This document shows positions 31,527-41,628 of a stretch of 64,000 bases of DNA, piece by piece; the stretch's first letter is position 1, and each line of letters opens with the position of its first letter. Below the pieces are notes generated by a model. That model was not told the origin of the DNA, searched no databases, and saw nothing but the letters and a program-made list of their open reading frames with translations. The DNA is from Vulcanimicrobiota bacterium (GTDB taxonomy: Bacteria; Vulcanimicrobiota; Vulcanimicrobiia; Vulcanimicrobiales; Vulcanimicrobiaceae), in contig CAWETW010000001.1 of assembly GCA_963812155.1 (NCBI GenBank), forward strand, positions 576,001 through 640,000, in the 5' to 3' direction. A program made the translations under genes and the position numbers.

Positions 31527-33245
31527 ATGACGTACGACATCGTCGTCGTCGGCGGCAGTTTGGGCGGATGCGCTGCCGCCATGGCGGCGTCGGGCGGAGG
31601 CTTCTCGGTGTGCCTGCTCGAGGCAAGTGCGTGGCTGGGCGGTCAGTATTCCGCTCAAGGGGTGACGCGTCCCGACGACAGCCAATACACGCCGTCGGTC
31701 GGAAGCACCGCCGGATACCGCGCATTCCAACAGGCCGTTCGCACGCACTATCGCAGCGGTTTTACGTTGTCGCCGGCGGGCGCGGCGCAAAAGGCGTTCA
31801 ACCCGGGCGGAGTCGACGGCGGCTTCGCCACCAGTCCGGCCGTGGCGCACGACGTCTTACTGCAGCAGTTGCAACGGCCGAACGTGCACGTTCGATTGAA
31901 CGCGCGCGTGACGGCTGCCGCCGTGCAAGGAACGTCGATCGCGAGCGTGACCGCCGTCGACGGCAACGGCGTGCAGACGGTGTTCGAAGCGAAATACTTT
32001 CTCGACGCGACCGACCTCGGAGAGTTGCTGCACTTGGCGGGCGTGGAATACGCGCTCGGCGCGGAAAGCCGCGACGAAACGCACGAACCGAACGCGCCGC
32101 CGGTGGCGCGGCCCGGCTGGATTCAGCCGATAACCGTTGTGGCGGCGCTGGAGCGGCGGCCCGACGGCGAAGTTCACACGATCGGCGAGCCCGCGAACTA
32201 CCAGGCGCTCAAAGCACAACAGCGCTTTACGGTTCGAAGCGGTTACGTCAAAACGGTTTTTCAGACGCCCGCCGATCTGTGGGGCTACCGGCGCTATATT
32301 GCCGCAGCGAATTTCAACGATCCAGCGCTTCCCTACGACTTGAGCATGCTCAACATGGGAAGCAACGACTATCAGGCCGCGGCGATTCCCACGGGCGATG
32401 CCGATAAGGATACGGCGATCGTCGAAGCCGCCCGGCAGGCGACGCTCGCGTACGTGTATTGGCTGCAAACCGAGGCTCCGCGCGACGACGGCCGCGGCAG
32501 CGGATATCCGAATCTGCGGCTGTGTCCCGAGGCGTTTACGACGGCCGACGGAACCGCCGCCCAGCCATACATTCGCGAGTCACGCCGCATTAAAGCGCAA
32601 TACACGATCGTTCAGCAGGACGTCGATCGAGCGTCCAATCCGGGGCCGCGCGCTAGGAACTACGACGATTCGTGCGGCATCGGATTCTATGGCGCGCTCG
32701 ACATTCACGGGCTGGCCGGCGCCGGCATGCCGGAACAGTGGATTCCGATCAATCCGTTCGAGATTCCGGTGCGCTCGCTGTTGCCCGTGAGGGTTACGAA
32801 CTTGCTGCCCGCATGCAAGAACATCGGCACGACCCACATCACCAACGGCGCCTACCGTCTGCATCCGGTCGAATGGGCGATCGGCGAAGCGGCGGGAACG
32901 CTCGCGCTCGACGCATTGGCGAACGGCATCGCGCCGGGCGGCTACCCCAGCGACGCCTCGAAGCTGCGCGCATATCAACAGCGTTTGCTGCGACGCGGCG
33001 CGCCCATATTTTGGTGGACGGACGTGCGTTTTGGCGACGACTGGTTTGCCGCGGCGCACTTGATGGGCGTTTCCGGGCTGATGAGCGGCACGGATGCTAC
33101 GATGAATTTCTATCCCGCGCAACCCTTTACGGCCGCCGCCCGCACCGCCGTCGAGCAGAAGCTCGGCCAGTCTTTCGACTGGCCGAGCGATCCGATGACG
33201 AGAAGCGCGACGGCACAATGGCTCGTCGATCAACTAGGCTGGTAG
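31527..33245 (+). CDS. FAD-dependent oxidoreductase (FAD_oxidored-like)
   Basis: DIVVVGGSLGG, WLGGQ, LDATDLG, YIRESRR, KNIGTTHITNGAYRLHP. Confidence 0.9.
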   Translation: MTYDIVVVGGSLGGCAAAMAASGGGFSVCLLEASAWLGGQYSAQGVTRPDDSQYTPSVGSTAGYRAFQQAVRTHYRSGFTLSPAGAAQKAFNPGGVDGGFATSPAVAHDVLLQQLQRPNVHVRLNARVTAAAVQGTSIASVTAVDGNGVQTVFEAKYFLDATDLGELLHLAGVEYALGAESRDETHEPNAPPVARPGWIQPITVVAALERRPDGEVHTIGEPANYQALKAQQRFTVRSGYVKTVFQTPADLWGYRRYIAAANFNDPALPYDLSMLNMGSNDYQAAAIPTGDADKDTAIVEAARQATLAYVYWLQTEAPRDDGRGSGYPNLRLCPEAFTTADGTAAQPYIRESRRIKAQYTIVQQDVDRASNPGPRARNYDDSCGIGFYGALDIHGLAGAGMPEQWIPINPFEIPVRSLLPVRVTNLLPACKNIGTTHITNGAYRLHPVEWAIGEAAGTLALDALANGIAPGGYPSDASKLRAYQQRLLRRGAPIFWWTDVRFGDDWFAAAHLMGVSGLMSGTDATMNFYPAQPFTAAARTAVEQKLGQSFDWPSDPMTRSATAQWLVDQLGW

Positions 33246-33249
33246 CGTC

Positions 33250-34880
33250 ACCGCGTATGGCGATGATGCGGGGTTCGGCGCGAACCGCCGTCTCCACCGC
33301 TGTCTCCGCCGCCGCCGTCATCTGACGAACTCGAATCGCCGGAGTCGTCGGAGCTCGAGGAATCGTCGGAGCTCGGGAATCGTCGGAACTCGAGGAATCT
33401 CGGACGAACTCGAATCGTCGGAACTCGAGGAGTCATCGGACGAACTCGAATCGTCGGAGCTCGAGGAATCGTCGGACGAACTCGGAATCGTCGGAACTCG
33501 ACGAATCGTCGGACGAACTGGAATCGTCGGAACTCGAGGAATCATCGGACGAACTCGAATCGTCGGAACTCGACGAATCATCGGACGAACTCGAATCGTC
33601 GGAACTCGACGAATCGTCGGACGAGCTGGAATCATCGGAACTCGAGGAATCGTCGGACGAACTCGAATCGTCGGAGCTCGAGGAATCGTCGGACGAACTC
33701 GAATCGTCGGAGCTCGAGGAATCGTCGGACGAACTCGAATCGTCGGAACTCGACGAATCGCCGGACGAACTCGACGATGTGCCTCCGCCTCCCGACGTCG
33801 ACGAACCGCCGCCGCCGGCAGAGCGACGACGTGCCACCGCCTCCCGACGTCGACGACACCGCCGCCGCCGGCAGAGCTCGACGACGTACCGCCGCCACCG
33901 GCAGAGCTTGACGACGTGCCGCCGCCCGCGGAACTCGACGACGTGCCGGCCGAACTCGATGACGTTGAGGTTCCGCTTCCGGCGTTAACCACGCTGAGGC
34001 GAGGGCCGTCGAGCGCGGCATTCATGCGGGCGACCTGCCCCAGCGAAAACATGACCATCACGGCATCGTCGACGTAATCCATGTAGTTCATGAACATGTC
34101 GCCGTTGGGACCGTTACTGCACGAAACGTGCGGGAACTTCGGCGTGCCGTAGTTCGGGCTCTGTTGCGTCGGCGTATCTGAAACTTGATCGGAACCGCTG
34201 CAGTCGTTCGTGTCGCCCCAGATATGAATGAGATTGAACCAGTGGCCGCACTCGTGCACGGCGGTACGGCCGAGGTTGAACGGCGCCGCGGCCGCGCCGG
34301 TGGTGCCGAACGCGGTATAGAGAATCACGACGCCGTCGGTCGCCGCCGGTCCGCCGGGGAACTGCGCGTAGCCAAGCAATCCGCCGCCCAAATTGCAGAC
34401 CCAGAAGTTCAGATACTTATCGCTCGGCCACGGATCGGCGCCGCCCTTGGCGGCCGACTTTACCGAATCGTCGGTCGAGAACGACGCGCTCGTCGTCTGC
34501 GTGCGCGTGATTCCGTTGGTCGTGGCGCCCTTGGGATCGGTGGTCGCCATGAAGAACTGAATCTGCGGATTGCCGATAACGCCCTGAAAGACCGACGGAA
34601 CGCTAGTCTGCGAGTTCTGCTTCTGATAATCGGCGTTGAGAACGGGGATTTGACTCGTGATTTGTGCGTCGGAAATGTTTTGCGCGGTCGTGTTGTACAC
34701 GACGTGAACGACGACGGGAATCTTGACGACCGCCGCACGCGACGTTCCCCTGGTACGGATGTGCGATTCGGTAAATGCTTCGATCGCCGCTCGGCGCTCG
34801 GCGTATCCCGGCACGGTCGCGAGCAGGCGCTGATGTACGTCGTACGTTCCACAAGATCGGCGGCGCGGTAGATCGGGCAT
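33250..34880 (-). CDS. M43 (ulilysin/pappalysin-like) zinc metalloprotease with Gly/Ser linker and (SSSSDD)n tail; frameshifts in the tail, stop uncertain
   Basis: Cys-switch [24 protein letters not shown], Met-turn MNYMDY; AAGGAG RBS. Confidence 0.9.
33320..33780 (-). repeat. Coding tandem repeat of about 25 SSSSDD units
   Basis: Plus strand shows alternating GAATCGTCGGACGAACTC / GAATCGTCGGAACTCGAG units. Confidence 0.9.
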
Positions 34881-34921
34881 CGTTTATCTCCTTATCGTTT
34901 CGTCGTGAAAAACTCCGGACG

Positions 34922-35230
34922 TCATTTAGCGCGAGAAAGAACCAAGCGATCCGGCTGTGCCGAAACCACTTTGAACGTACGGCGCTGTTGAACGTCGTCG
35001 GGAATTAGATCCAATTGCCCATTGGTCAGCTGCCATTTTCCGGGACTTGGCGCGTGGGCGTCGACGGGAGATATGGCGATGTCGTTTAGCGAGCCATCCG
35101 GTTTCAGTTCGAAACCAGACCGCGTTCTGCTCGGCGGAAATTCGTAGGAAGCGGGGCGAAACACCGTCGTGTCCCCGCTGTCTTCTTCCCAGGAGTGCAT
35201 CCACGTCCCGGCGATGCTGTTGGGATCCAT
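34922..35230 (-). CDS. Small hypothetical beta-barrel-like protein, co-oriented with the M43 gene
   Basis: IAGTWMHSWEED..VFRP..FPPSR.R.GFEL..DG. Confidence 0.7.
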   Translation of the reverse strand: MDPNSIAGTWMHSWEEDSGDTTVFRPASYEFPPSRTRSGFELKPDGSLNDIAISPVDAHAPSPGKWQLTNGQLDLIPDDVQQRRTFKVVSAQPDRLVLSRAK

Positions 35231-35411
35231 CGGGACCCGCTGCGTTCCATGCAGCCGGTATGGACTCCTATTGAAGAATTTATGCCGCTCGGAACCGGGC
35301 ACTTGACGCCCTTAGAGCCGCTTGCTATCCTACCATCGTAATCCTTGCACGGACGCGCTTTTTGCGTATTCGTCGCTCGCGCATAAGCCGAGCGCGGAAG
35401 GTGTGATTGCG

Positions 35412-36347
35412 ATGAATCGCCGCCTCGTGCCGATCTTCGTTGCGATCGGCATCTTTTTGACCGGATGTCGCTCGACCCCGGACCTCGCGATGGTACAAAA
35501 ATACGCCGAAACGACGGCCGCTGCGGCCGGTTCGTTCGATGCCGTTGCGGCGGACTACGGGCAGACGTGCGTGCGGGCGAACGAATACGAGATGGCACCG
35601 CGCGAGATGCCTTTCGTCGCCTTCACGCTGGCGCCGGGATATGCCGTCGCCGGTTCGCCTCCCGACCAAACGCCTGCGAATATGTTGCAGACCTGCGCCG
35701 GCGCAATTGCAATCGGCGCCGACTGGAGCCGCCACAATGCAGTCGTCCTCGGCTACGTTCAAGCACTCGGCGCGATTGCGTCGGTCGACAACGCTCCGTC
35801 GTTTCAACCGCTCGGAAACGCTCTCGTGGCGCCGGGATTGCTCAGCCAACCTCAGAGCGATGCATTTTCGAGCCTCGCCAATCATATCGCGAACTTCTTC
35901 ATCGTTCAAACGCAACAGCGCGACATTGCCGCGCTCGTCGTACAGGTGGATCCCGATCTCAAAACGGCGATCGACTCTCTGAAGATCGTCGCTTCGAACT
36001 ATTCGGTAAAGCTTTCCACCGAATACGACGTGACGTTCGGATTCTACAACGGGCTGATTCGCTCGGAAATCGGCTCGCGGCCGCCCGCGCAAGGAAAGCT
36101 TCCGCTCAAGCTCAAGGAGCGCATTCTGCGGCAACGCGCCGCAATGATCGCCGCGCTGCGGGCGATCAACGCAAAACGTGCCGCCTCGATCGCTTATGCA
36201 AAGGCGCTCGATTCTATTTACGCGACCCACGAGCAGCTCAAGAATAGCAGCGAACACCCCTCCACCGACGATCTCGTCAAGGCCGTCGAACAAAATCTTG
36301 CGACGTTTGCCGGCGATATCGCCACAATTCAACAGGCGGTGCGATAA
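35412..36347 (+). CDS. Helical lipoprotein, hypothetical
   Basis: MNRR + hydrophobic core + LTGC lipobox. Confidence 0.8.
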   Translation: MNRRLVPIFVAIGIFLTGCRSTPDLAMVQKYAETTAAAAGSFDAVAADYGQTCVRANEYEMAPREMPFVAFTLAPGYAVAGSPPDQTPANMLQTCAGAIAIGADWSRHNAVVLGYVQALGAIASVDNAPSFQPLGNALVAPGLLSQPQSDAFSSLANHIANFFIVQTQQRDIAALVVQVDPDLKTAIDSLKIVASNYSVKLSTEYDVTFGFYNGLIRSEIGSRPPAQGKLPLKLKERILRQRAAMIAALRAINAKRAASIAYAKALDSIYATHEQLKNSSEHPSTDDLVKAVEQNLATFAGDIATIQQAVR

Positions 36348-36754
36348 TGGCAGCAGGTGCTCTCGACGCGCTTCAAGTCGCACAGCTCGCGCAAGACTTC
36401 GCGAGCCTCTCGTCGGTGCCGAGAAACATTCTCAACGATCCGAACTTCAACCTCACGGCCGGACAGGTCGCGACCTTGAACAGCGACATGACGACCCTGG
36501 GAAACATCGCTTCGAGCCTCGCCGATTGGTCGTCGAAAATCGCGTTCGACGATGCGGCGAAAGCGTTCTCGAACATTTCGTCCGCAACCAAAACTGGAAA
36601 CGCTCAGGCACACGCGTTGCAAGCCGACGTCTCGAAACTGTCGAAGGTCATTACCATTTTGGGGAAGGCGGTCGCCCTCGGGATCGCGTTTAGCACCGGC
36701 GGCGCATTCGCGGTGATAGCCGCAGCCGCGTCGCTCGCTCAAGCGGCGGCGTAA
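36347..36754 (+). CDS. Small helical protein with hydrophobic C-terminus
   Basis: TAATG overlap with the lipoprotein gene. Confidence 0.75.
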   Translation: MAAGALDALQVAQLAQDFASLSSVPRNILNDPNFNLTAGQVATLNSDMTTLGNIASSLADWSSKIAFDDAAKAFSNISSATKTGNAQAHALQADVSKLSKVITILGKAVALGIAFSTGGAFAVIAAAASLAQAAA

Positions 36755-36758
36755 CGCG

Positions 36759-37514
36759 GTGCAGCCGGCGCCGGGGACGACTTTCAAAGATTTCCGGCTC
36801 TACGGCCGCGCATCCGAACTCACGCCGCCGCGCGACGTGTATTGCGCCGGGTCCGGGCCGCCGGTGATCGTTTTCCACGAACTGTACGGCGCGTCACCGG
36901 AAGACTTCGCATTTGCGGGGCGGCTCGTCGACGCGGGCTTTACGGTTTTCGTGCCGGTTCTGTTCGGCAAGCCGAACGCACGCGGCTTGGGCTTTTTCTG
37001 CGTCGCCCACGAGTTCGCGGTTCTTTCCTCGTGCCGCTCGAGCCCGATGGCGGAGTGGGGACGCTCGCTCGGGCGTCTCATCTCCCAGGATTTCGGGGGA
37101 CGGGGAATCGGCGCGATCGGGCTGTGCCTCACGGGCGGCTTCGCCCTAACGATGATGCTCGATCCGTGGGTTTTGGCGCCGGTCGTATCCGAACCGGCGC
37201 TCCCGTTTGGGCTGACGACTTCGCTGAAGTCGGCGCTTCCGCTTTCGTGCGAAGACGTGAGCGCCATACGGCAGCGCATTGCCGCGGGCGCCGAAATCCT
37301 CGCGTTTCGGTTCGCCGGCGATTGGATATCGCCGGAACTTCGCGACCTGACGCTGCGCTCGACGTTCGACAACGTTCGCGGAAACGGCCGGCTCAAGCCG
37401 ACGTGCCCGCACGCGCACGCGGTGTTCACCACGCACTACCGCGATACACCCGGCTCGTCCACGCGGGCCGCCTACGACGAACTCATCGCCTTTCTGAACG
37501 AGAAGTTGGGATGA
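36759..37514 (+). CDS. Dienelactone hydrolase family protein
   Basis: VIVFHELYG, nucleophile elbow GLCLTGG, AHAVF. Confidence 0.85.
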   Translation: MQPAPGTTFKDFRLYGRASELTPPRDVYCAGSGPPVIVFHELYGASPEDFAFAGRLVDAGFTVFVPVLFGKPNARGLGFFCVAHEFAVLSSCRSSPMAEWGRSLGRLISQDFGGRGIGAIGLCLTGGFALTMMLDPWVLAPVVSEPALPFGLTTSLKSALPLSCEDVSAIRQRIAAGAEILAFRFAGDWISPELRDLTLRSTFDNVRGNGRLKPTCPHAHAVFTTHYRDTPGSSTRAAYDELIAFLNEKLG

Positions 37515-39149
37515 CACAAAACAAAACCGCGGTCGTCGTGATTCACGGCATCCATCCGACGGCCCGCTTCGAGATTCAAGACCTGTTCGGTACGCAGCTG
37601 CACCGGCGCCTTAACGAGATGCCGGGCGGCCACGAGTGGAAACTAAATATTCTCTGGCCGAAGATTGCGAAACCAAACGCGGACCCGGGCGATGTTCATG
37701 CGACCGCGTTGCGGGTCTGCGAACGCACGGATAACGCCGACGATCCCAAACGGTCGTACTTTGACGTTTTCGAAGCCTACTGGAGCCCGATCGATAAGAA
37801 TCAGACGACGGTCGGCAAGATGCTGGCGTGGCTCGCCGACGCGATGTTCGTTCCGCTCAATGCCAGCGCTCGGCTGTACTCCAGCTTTCGGGAAAGTGGC
37901 GTTCGATCTCGTCTTGCTGGTAGCCGTTTTGGCGATCAGCCTCGCCTTTCTGCTTGCGGCCATATGGGCAGCCGATTGGGGCTACAATATTTTCTCCTAC
38001 GCAGCGGCTTGTGCATTGAACAACCACGCGCCGCAATGCGGAACTGGGGTACCGTCGCTCTTCGACTTCACCTTGCACCCTATATCATCGCTGCAGAAAT
38101 TCGCATGGCCGGCAATCGCTTACGTCGCCGTACTCTTTATCGGCGCGTACGCCGCGACACAATTAGACTATCAGCCTCTATCATACTTGTGCGGAGTCTT
38201 ACCGGCGCAAGCGGGTAAGCCGGACGGCTCCCGGAGTGCTCGAGCCGCGTCGGCTCTGGCGAGTGTGGTTCATGGCTTTGCTTGCAATCGTAGCCGGTTT
38301 CGGCCTTAGGGTGGTGGCCGTGGTTCAGACCTTTCGTGCCGGATCCGACCCACCGGCTCATGTGGGCGCACACTAACGGTGGTTGCAATCGTCGGCTTCT
38401 TTCGAGCGGCGTTGGGCACGCTCAACGAGTTTTTCGTTAACACGCTCGGCGACGTGCAAATATATACCACGCACGATGAAAACTCGGCGTTTTACAAGTT
38501 TCGCAAAGAGATCGTCGAGCTCGTCGAAGGGGTGATTCTCCAGGTTTTGCGTGCCGAATCCGGCCCGCGTCGACGCTGGAGGTGGACCCGTTCCAGCCGA
38601 CGGTTTTTGCCATACGCGGCGTCAACGATCCCACGCCGCTCTACGATCGGGTCGTCGTCGCGGCGCATAGCCTCGGATCGACGATCGGCTGGACGCCTTC
38701 TTAGCGTCCACGAGCTGACGCAGGAGGGTGGCGTTACTTCCGGAGCAATGGAATCGCGTCCGCGCGTTCGTCACGTTTGGCTCGTCGCTCGAAAAGACGA
38801 AGTTCTTCTTCGACGTAAAACAGCCGACGGTTTCGGCTTCGGCGGATCATTGGCGCAACGACGTCTACGGCAAGCTCTTCACCGAACGATTTTGCATTCG
38901 TCAGCTCCGACCCCGCGACACCGAATGTTTTGGGCGAACCACTGGTACTTTACCGACCTCGTCGCCAATCACATCGAATCCTATACGGACGGCGCCACGA
39001 CGCAGATTTGCGAAAATACGCGGTTAAAGTCAAGTTTTCACTCTTGTCATCCGTGGGTGCACAGCGATTACCTTTGGGACGAAAACTTCTGGCGCCGCCC
39101 CGACGATTCGAAGACGCACGGCATGCTCGACGTGCTGCTGTTAGATTAG
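37511..39149 (+). pseudogene. Membrane-associated alpha/beta-hydrolase-like protein with multiple frameshifts
   Basis: VVVIHGI, EAYWSP, TM helices, LGDVQIY, AHSLGS near 38660, FVTFGSSLEK, HSDYLWD spread over several frames. Confidence 0.7.
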
Positions 39150-39298
39150 GGCCGCCCTTCGACTTCGCATCGAACTGCGTTCGATGCTGCGCTCAGGGTG
39201 ACACCGTAAAGGATGCTCGCGCTCGGGCCGCCCTTCGACTTCGCGTCGAACCTCGTTCGATGCTGCGCTCAGGGTGACACTGTAAAGGATGCTGCGCT
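39149..39298. repeat. Two tandem ~76-bp REP-like palindromic units
   Basis: GGGCCGCCCTTCGACTTCGC.TCGAAC...GTTCGATGCTGCGCTCAGGGTGACAC twice, between convergent genes. Confidence 0.85.
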
Positions 39299-40074
39299 TA
39301 GTGTGAGACGTTTTGTGAGGCGATCCATTCGTTGTAGGCTTGACGCTCGAGCGGAGGCATAATCGTACCGGGCGGCAGCGTGTAGCCGGCTTCCGGCAAC
39401 GGAAACGGCATTGGATGCGGCGGTTCGTGGAACGGATCCGTCGCGGGCTCGTAACAGACCGGCCACGGGATCGACCCTTCTTCCGAAGCGCCGCTGGGAT
39501 ACGTGTACTCGTAGCGCGCGTAATAGCAGTCGAGTCCGCGCTCGTGCCAGCTTCGCACCGGAAAGATGAGACCGTTTCCGTGCGACTCGCCGTTGTTGTA
39601 ACGCGCCGCGTCGAACGAGTACGATTTCGACCCCGATTCCGCCGACGCGGGATCGATCGTGGGAATCGCGTGCGGATCGTTGCGCCGGTTAAGTTGCGCC
39701 ACTTCTTGCGCAAACGCCGTGCGATCGCGTTCGATCGACGACACGCCGGCCTTATGCGGGCGTTCGGGCGGCGGCTGGGGAGGTGCCTCGATATTTTCCT
39801 TTGCGAGCTCGTGGCGTGCCGGAGCCGGCGGCGGAAGACTCGTCGGTTTACGAATCGCGTGATGCTGCACCGAGCGTTTCCGTACGACCGGTGCCGGGTG
39901 TTCGATCGCAATCGCCGTCGTGTCGGAAATGCGCTCGCGGCTGCCTTCCGGCGTGATGACGATTCGCGCGAACGCGTAAAACAGCAGCGAAAGCACAACG
40001 ACGTGCAGCACCGCCGAAATCAAGGCCGACCAGGCTAACGTTTTCCGGCGCCCGCGGCGCCTGCCGGAGATCAA
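39298..40074 (-). CDS. Hypothetical membrane-anchored Pro-rich protein (TonB-like N-terminal anchor)
   Basis: ALISAVLHVVVL anchor, Pro-rich linker. Confidence 0.7.
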   Translation of the reverse strand: MISGRRRGRRKTLAWSALISAVLHVVVLSLLFYAFARIVITPEGSRERISDTTAIAIEHPAPVVRKRSVQHHAIRKPTSLPPPAPARHELAKENIEAPPQPPPERPHKAGVSSIERDRTAFAQEVAQLNRRNDPHAIPTIDPASAESGSKSYSFDAARYNNGESHGNGLIFPVRSWHERGLDCYYARYEYTYPSGASEEGSIPWPVCYEPATDPFHEPPHPMPFPLPEAGYTLPPGTIMPPLERQAYNEWIASQNVSH

Positions 40075-40134
40075 ATTGCCGTGCTCCTCCGAGGGTACCT
40101 TACGCTCGGCGGCTGAGAAGGCGCACAGCGCGCG

Positions 40135-41472
40135 TTACTGGGCGTCGGGGATGCGCGAGTCGTCCGGCTGGGTGCGGAAATACATCGCGTTCTGCGGCGC
40201 TTCGATCGGCACGAACTTGCGGGGCGGCCGCGCGAAGTTGAGGCAATCGGCGGCCGGTGACGTGGCGCGCGCGTCCGGCACGGAGAGTTGAGGCAAGCCG
40301 AACAAGTCTTCGGCAAAACGCAGCACGCTGGCGGTTTCGTATTGCACGTGGGTGACGTAGTTTTGCTTGGCATAGGGCGAGATGACGATTAGCGGCACTC
40401 GGAAGCCCAAGCCGTCGTACGACTTATGCGGCGGCGGAACGTGATCGTAGAAACCGCCCCAATCGTCCCATTGCACGAAAATCACCGTCGAATCCCAGAA
40501 CTGGCTTTGGCCGACCGCATTGACGACCGACGCCACCCACGACGGCCCTTGCCCGCCTCCGCAGTCGCTATGATCGGATTCGCGGCAGAGCGGCGTAATC
40601 CACGTAAAGTTTGCGAGTTTTCCATTGGCGACGTCGGTGAGAAACGTCTTTTGCGGCGTGATGACGTCGGTCTTCCAATCGGGTCCGCGGAAGATGTGCC
40701 GAACCGCCTGATACCCCGACCAGAGTCCGGAGAACGGCGTCCGGAACGTGCTCGTATAGAAACGCCACGATAATCCCGCCGAGTCGAGCTCGTCTCCGAG
40801 CGTTGGATAGTCGAAACAGGCGCGCTGCTCGCCGCCGTAAGTGCGCTGCTGCGTCAACGTTTCGACGTCGTCGGTTTTGCCGCCGCCGCAACCCCAATAG
40901 AAAAACGGTACGTTGACGCTCGATTGTGCTTGCGCGGCGATGATGTATTGATGCGCGACGAAACTTTCGTCGAGTTGCGAAGCGAACATCTTGTCGGCCA
41001 GCACCCACTCGTGCGCCATGTCCCAGTAGGGCTTCGATTCGTTCTGCGGCACGTAGGCGAACATGCCTTGCGGCGGCCCGTTATATTGACGTTCTTGGTC
41101 GAAGCCGTCCATCCGGCACTGCGTGCCGGGAAGTTTGCCCTTCCCATGACACGCATGAAACATCGCTTCGGAGGAGTGGTCGACTTCGTAGGCGGCTTTC
41201 AGCGAGATGGCCTGCAGCGGAATGGTCTTGCCGCTCGAATTCTTTGCGCTCGAGACCGTATCGGCGCCGGGATATTTTTGGAAGAGATCGTCGAAACTGC
41301 GGTTTTCCTGCACGACCCAAATGACGTGTTGGATTTTTCCCGCGCCGGTCGCATTGAGTCTCGTGAGAACGGCGGTTTGCTCGAGCGGCAGCGGCCGCAC
41401 ACTCGGCGAGGCCGAGCATGCAACGATCAGCAGCGATGCGCATATCGCCGCCGTACGATGAAACCGTTTCAC
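40135..41472 (-). CDS. Phosphoesterase / phospholipase C family lipoprotein
   Basis: [48 protein letters not shown] lipobox after GTG at 41472. Confidence 0.9.
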   Translation of the reverse strand: MKRFHRTAAICASLLIVACSASPSVRPLPLEQTAVLTRLNATGAGKIQHVIWVVQENRSFDDLFQKYPGADTVSSAKNSSGKTIPLQAISLKAAYEVDHSSEAMFHACHGKGKLPGTQCRMDGFDQERQYNGPPQGMFAYVPQNESKPYWDMAHEWVLADKMFASQLDESFVAHQYIIAAQAQSSVNVPFFYWGCGGGKTDDVETLTQQRTYGGEQRACFDYPTLGDELDSAGLSWRFYTSTFRTPFSGLWSGYQAVRHIFRGPDWKTDVITPQKTFLTDVANGKLANFTWITPLCRESDHSDCGGGQGPSWVASVVNAVGQSQFWDSTVIFVQWDDWGGFYDHVPPPHKSYDGLGFRVPLIVISPYAKQNYVTHVQYETASVLRFAEDLFGLPQLSVPDARATSPAADCLNFARPPRKFVPIEAPQNAMYFRTQPDDSRIPDAQ

Positions 41473-41628
41473 AATGCGGCGAAATGCCACGCGGCGCAAT
41501 GCATTCCTTTCAGCATTCGGGAGGTCGCCTCGGCTAGTAAGCAAGCAAGCGGAAGGGCCATCCTCAGCGGTTTCTAATACAGCCATCCCCGAGACAAAAT
41601 AACTCTTCTTAGTCCTAAGGAGTTTCTT

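Noticed and set aside
33320..33780. CRISPR or non-coding satellite
   Set aside because: 18-bp coding period with synonymous variation and no unique spacers
15256..39149. Contractile injection system, T6SS or prophage
   Set aside because: No recognisable sheath, tube, baseplate, VgrG/PAAR, terminase or capsid motifs
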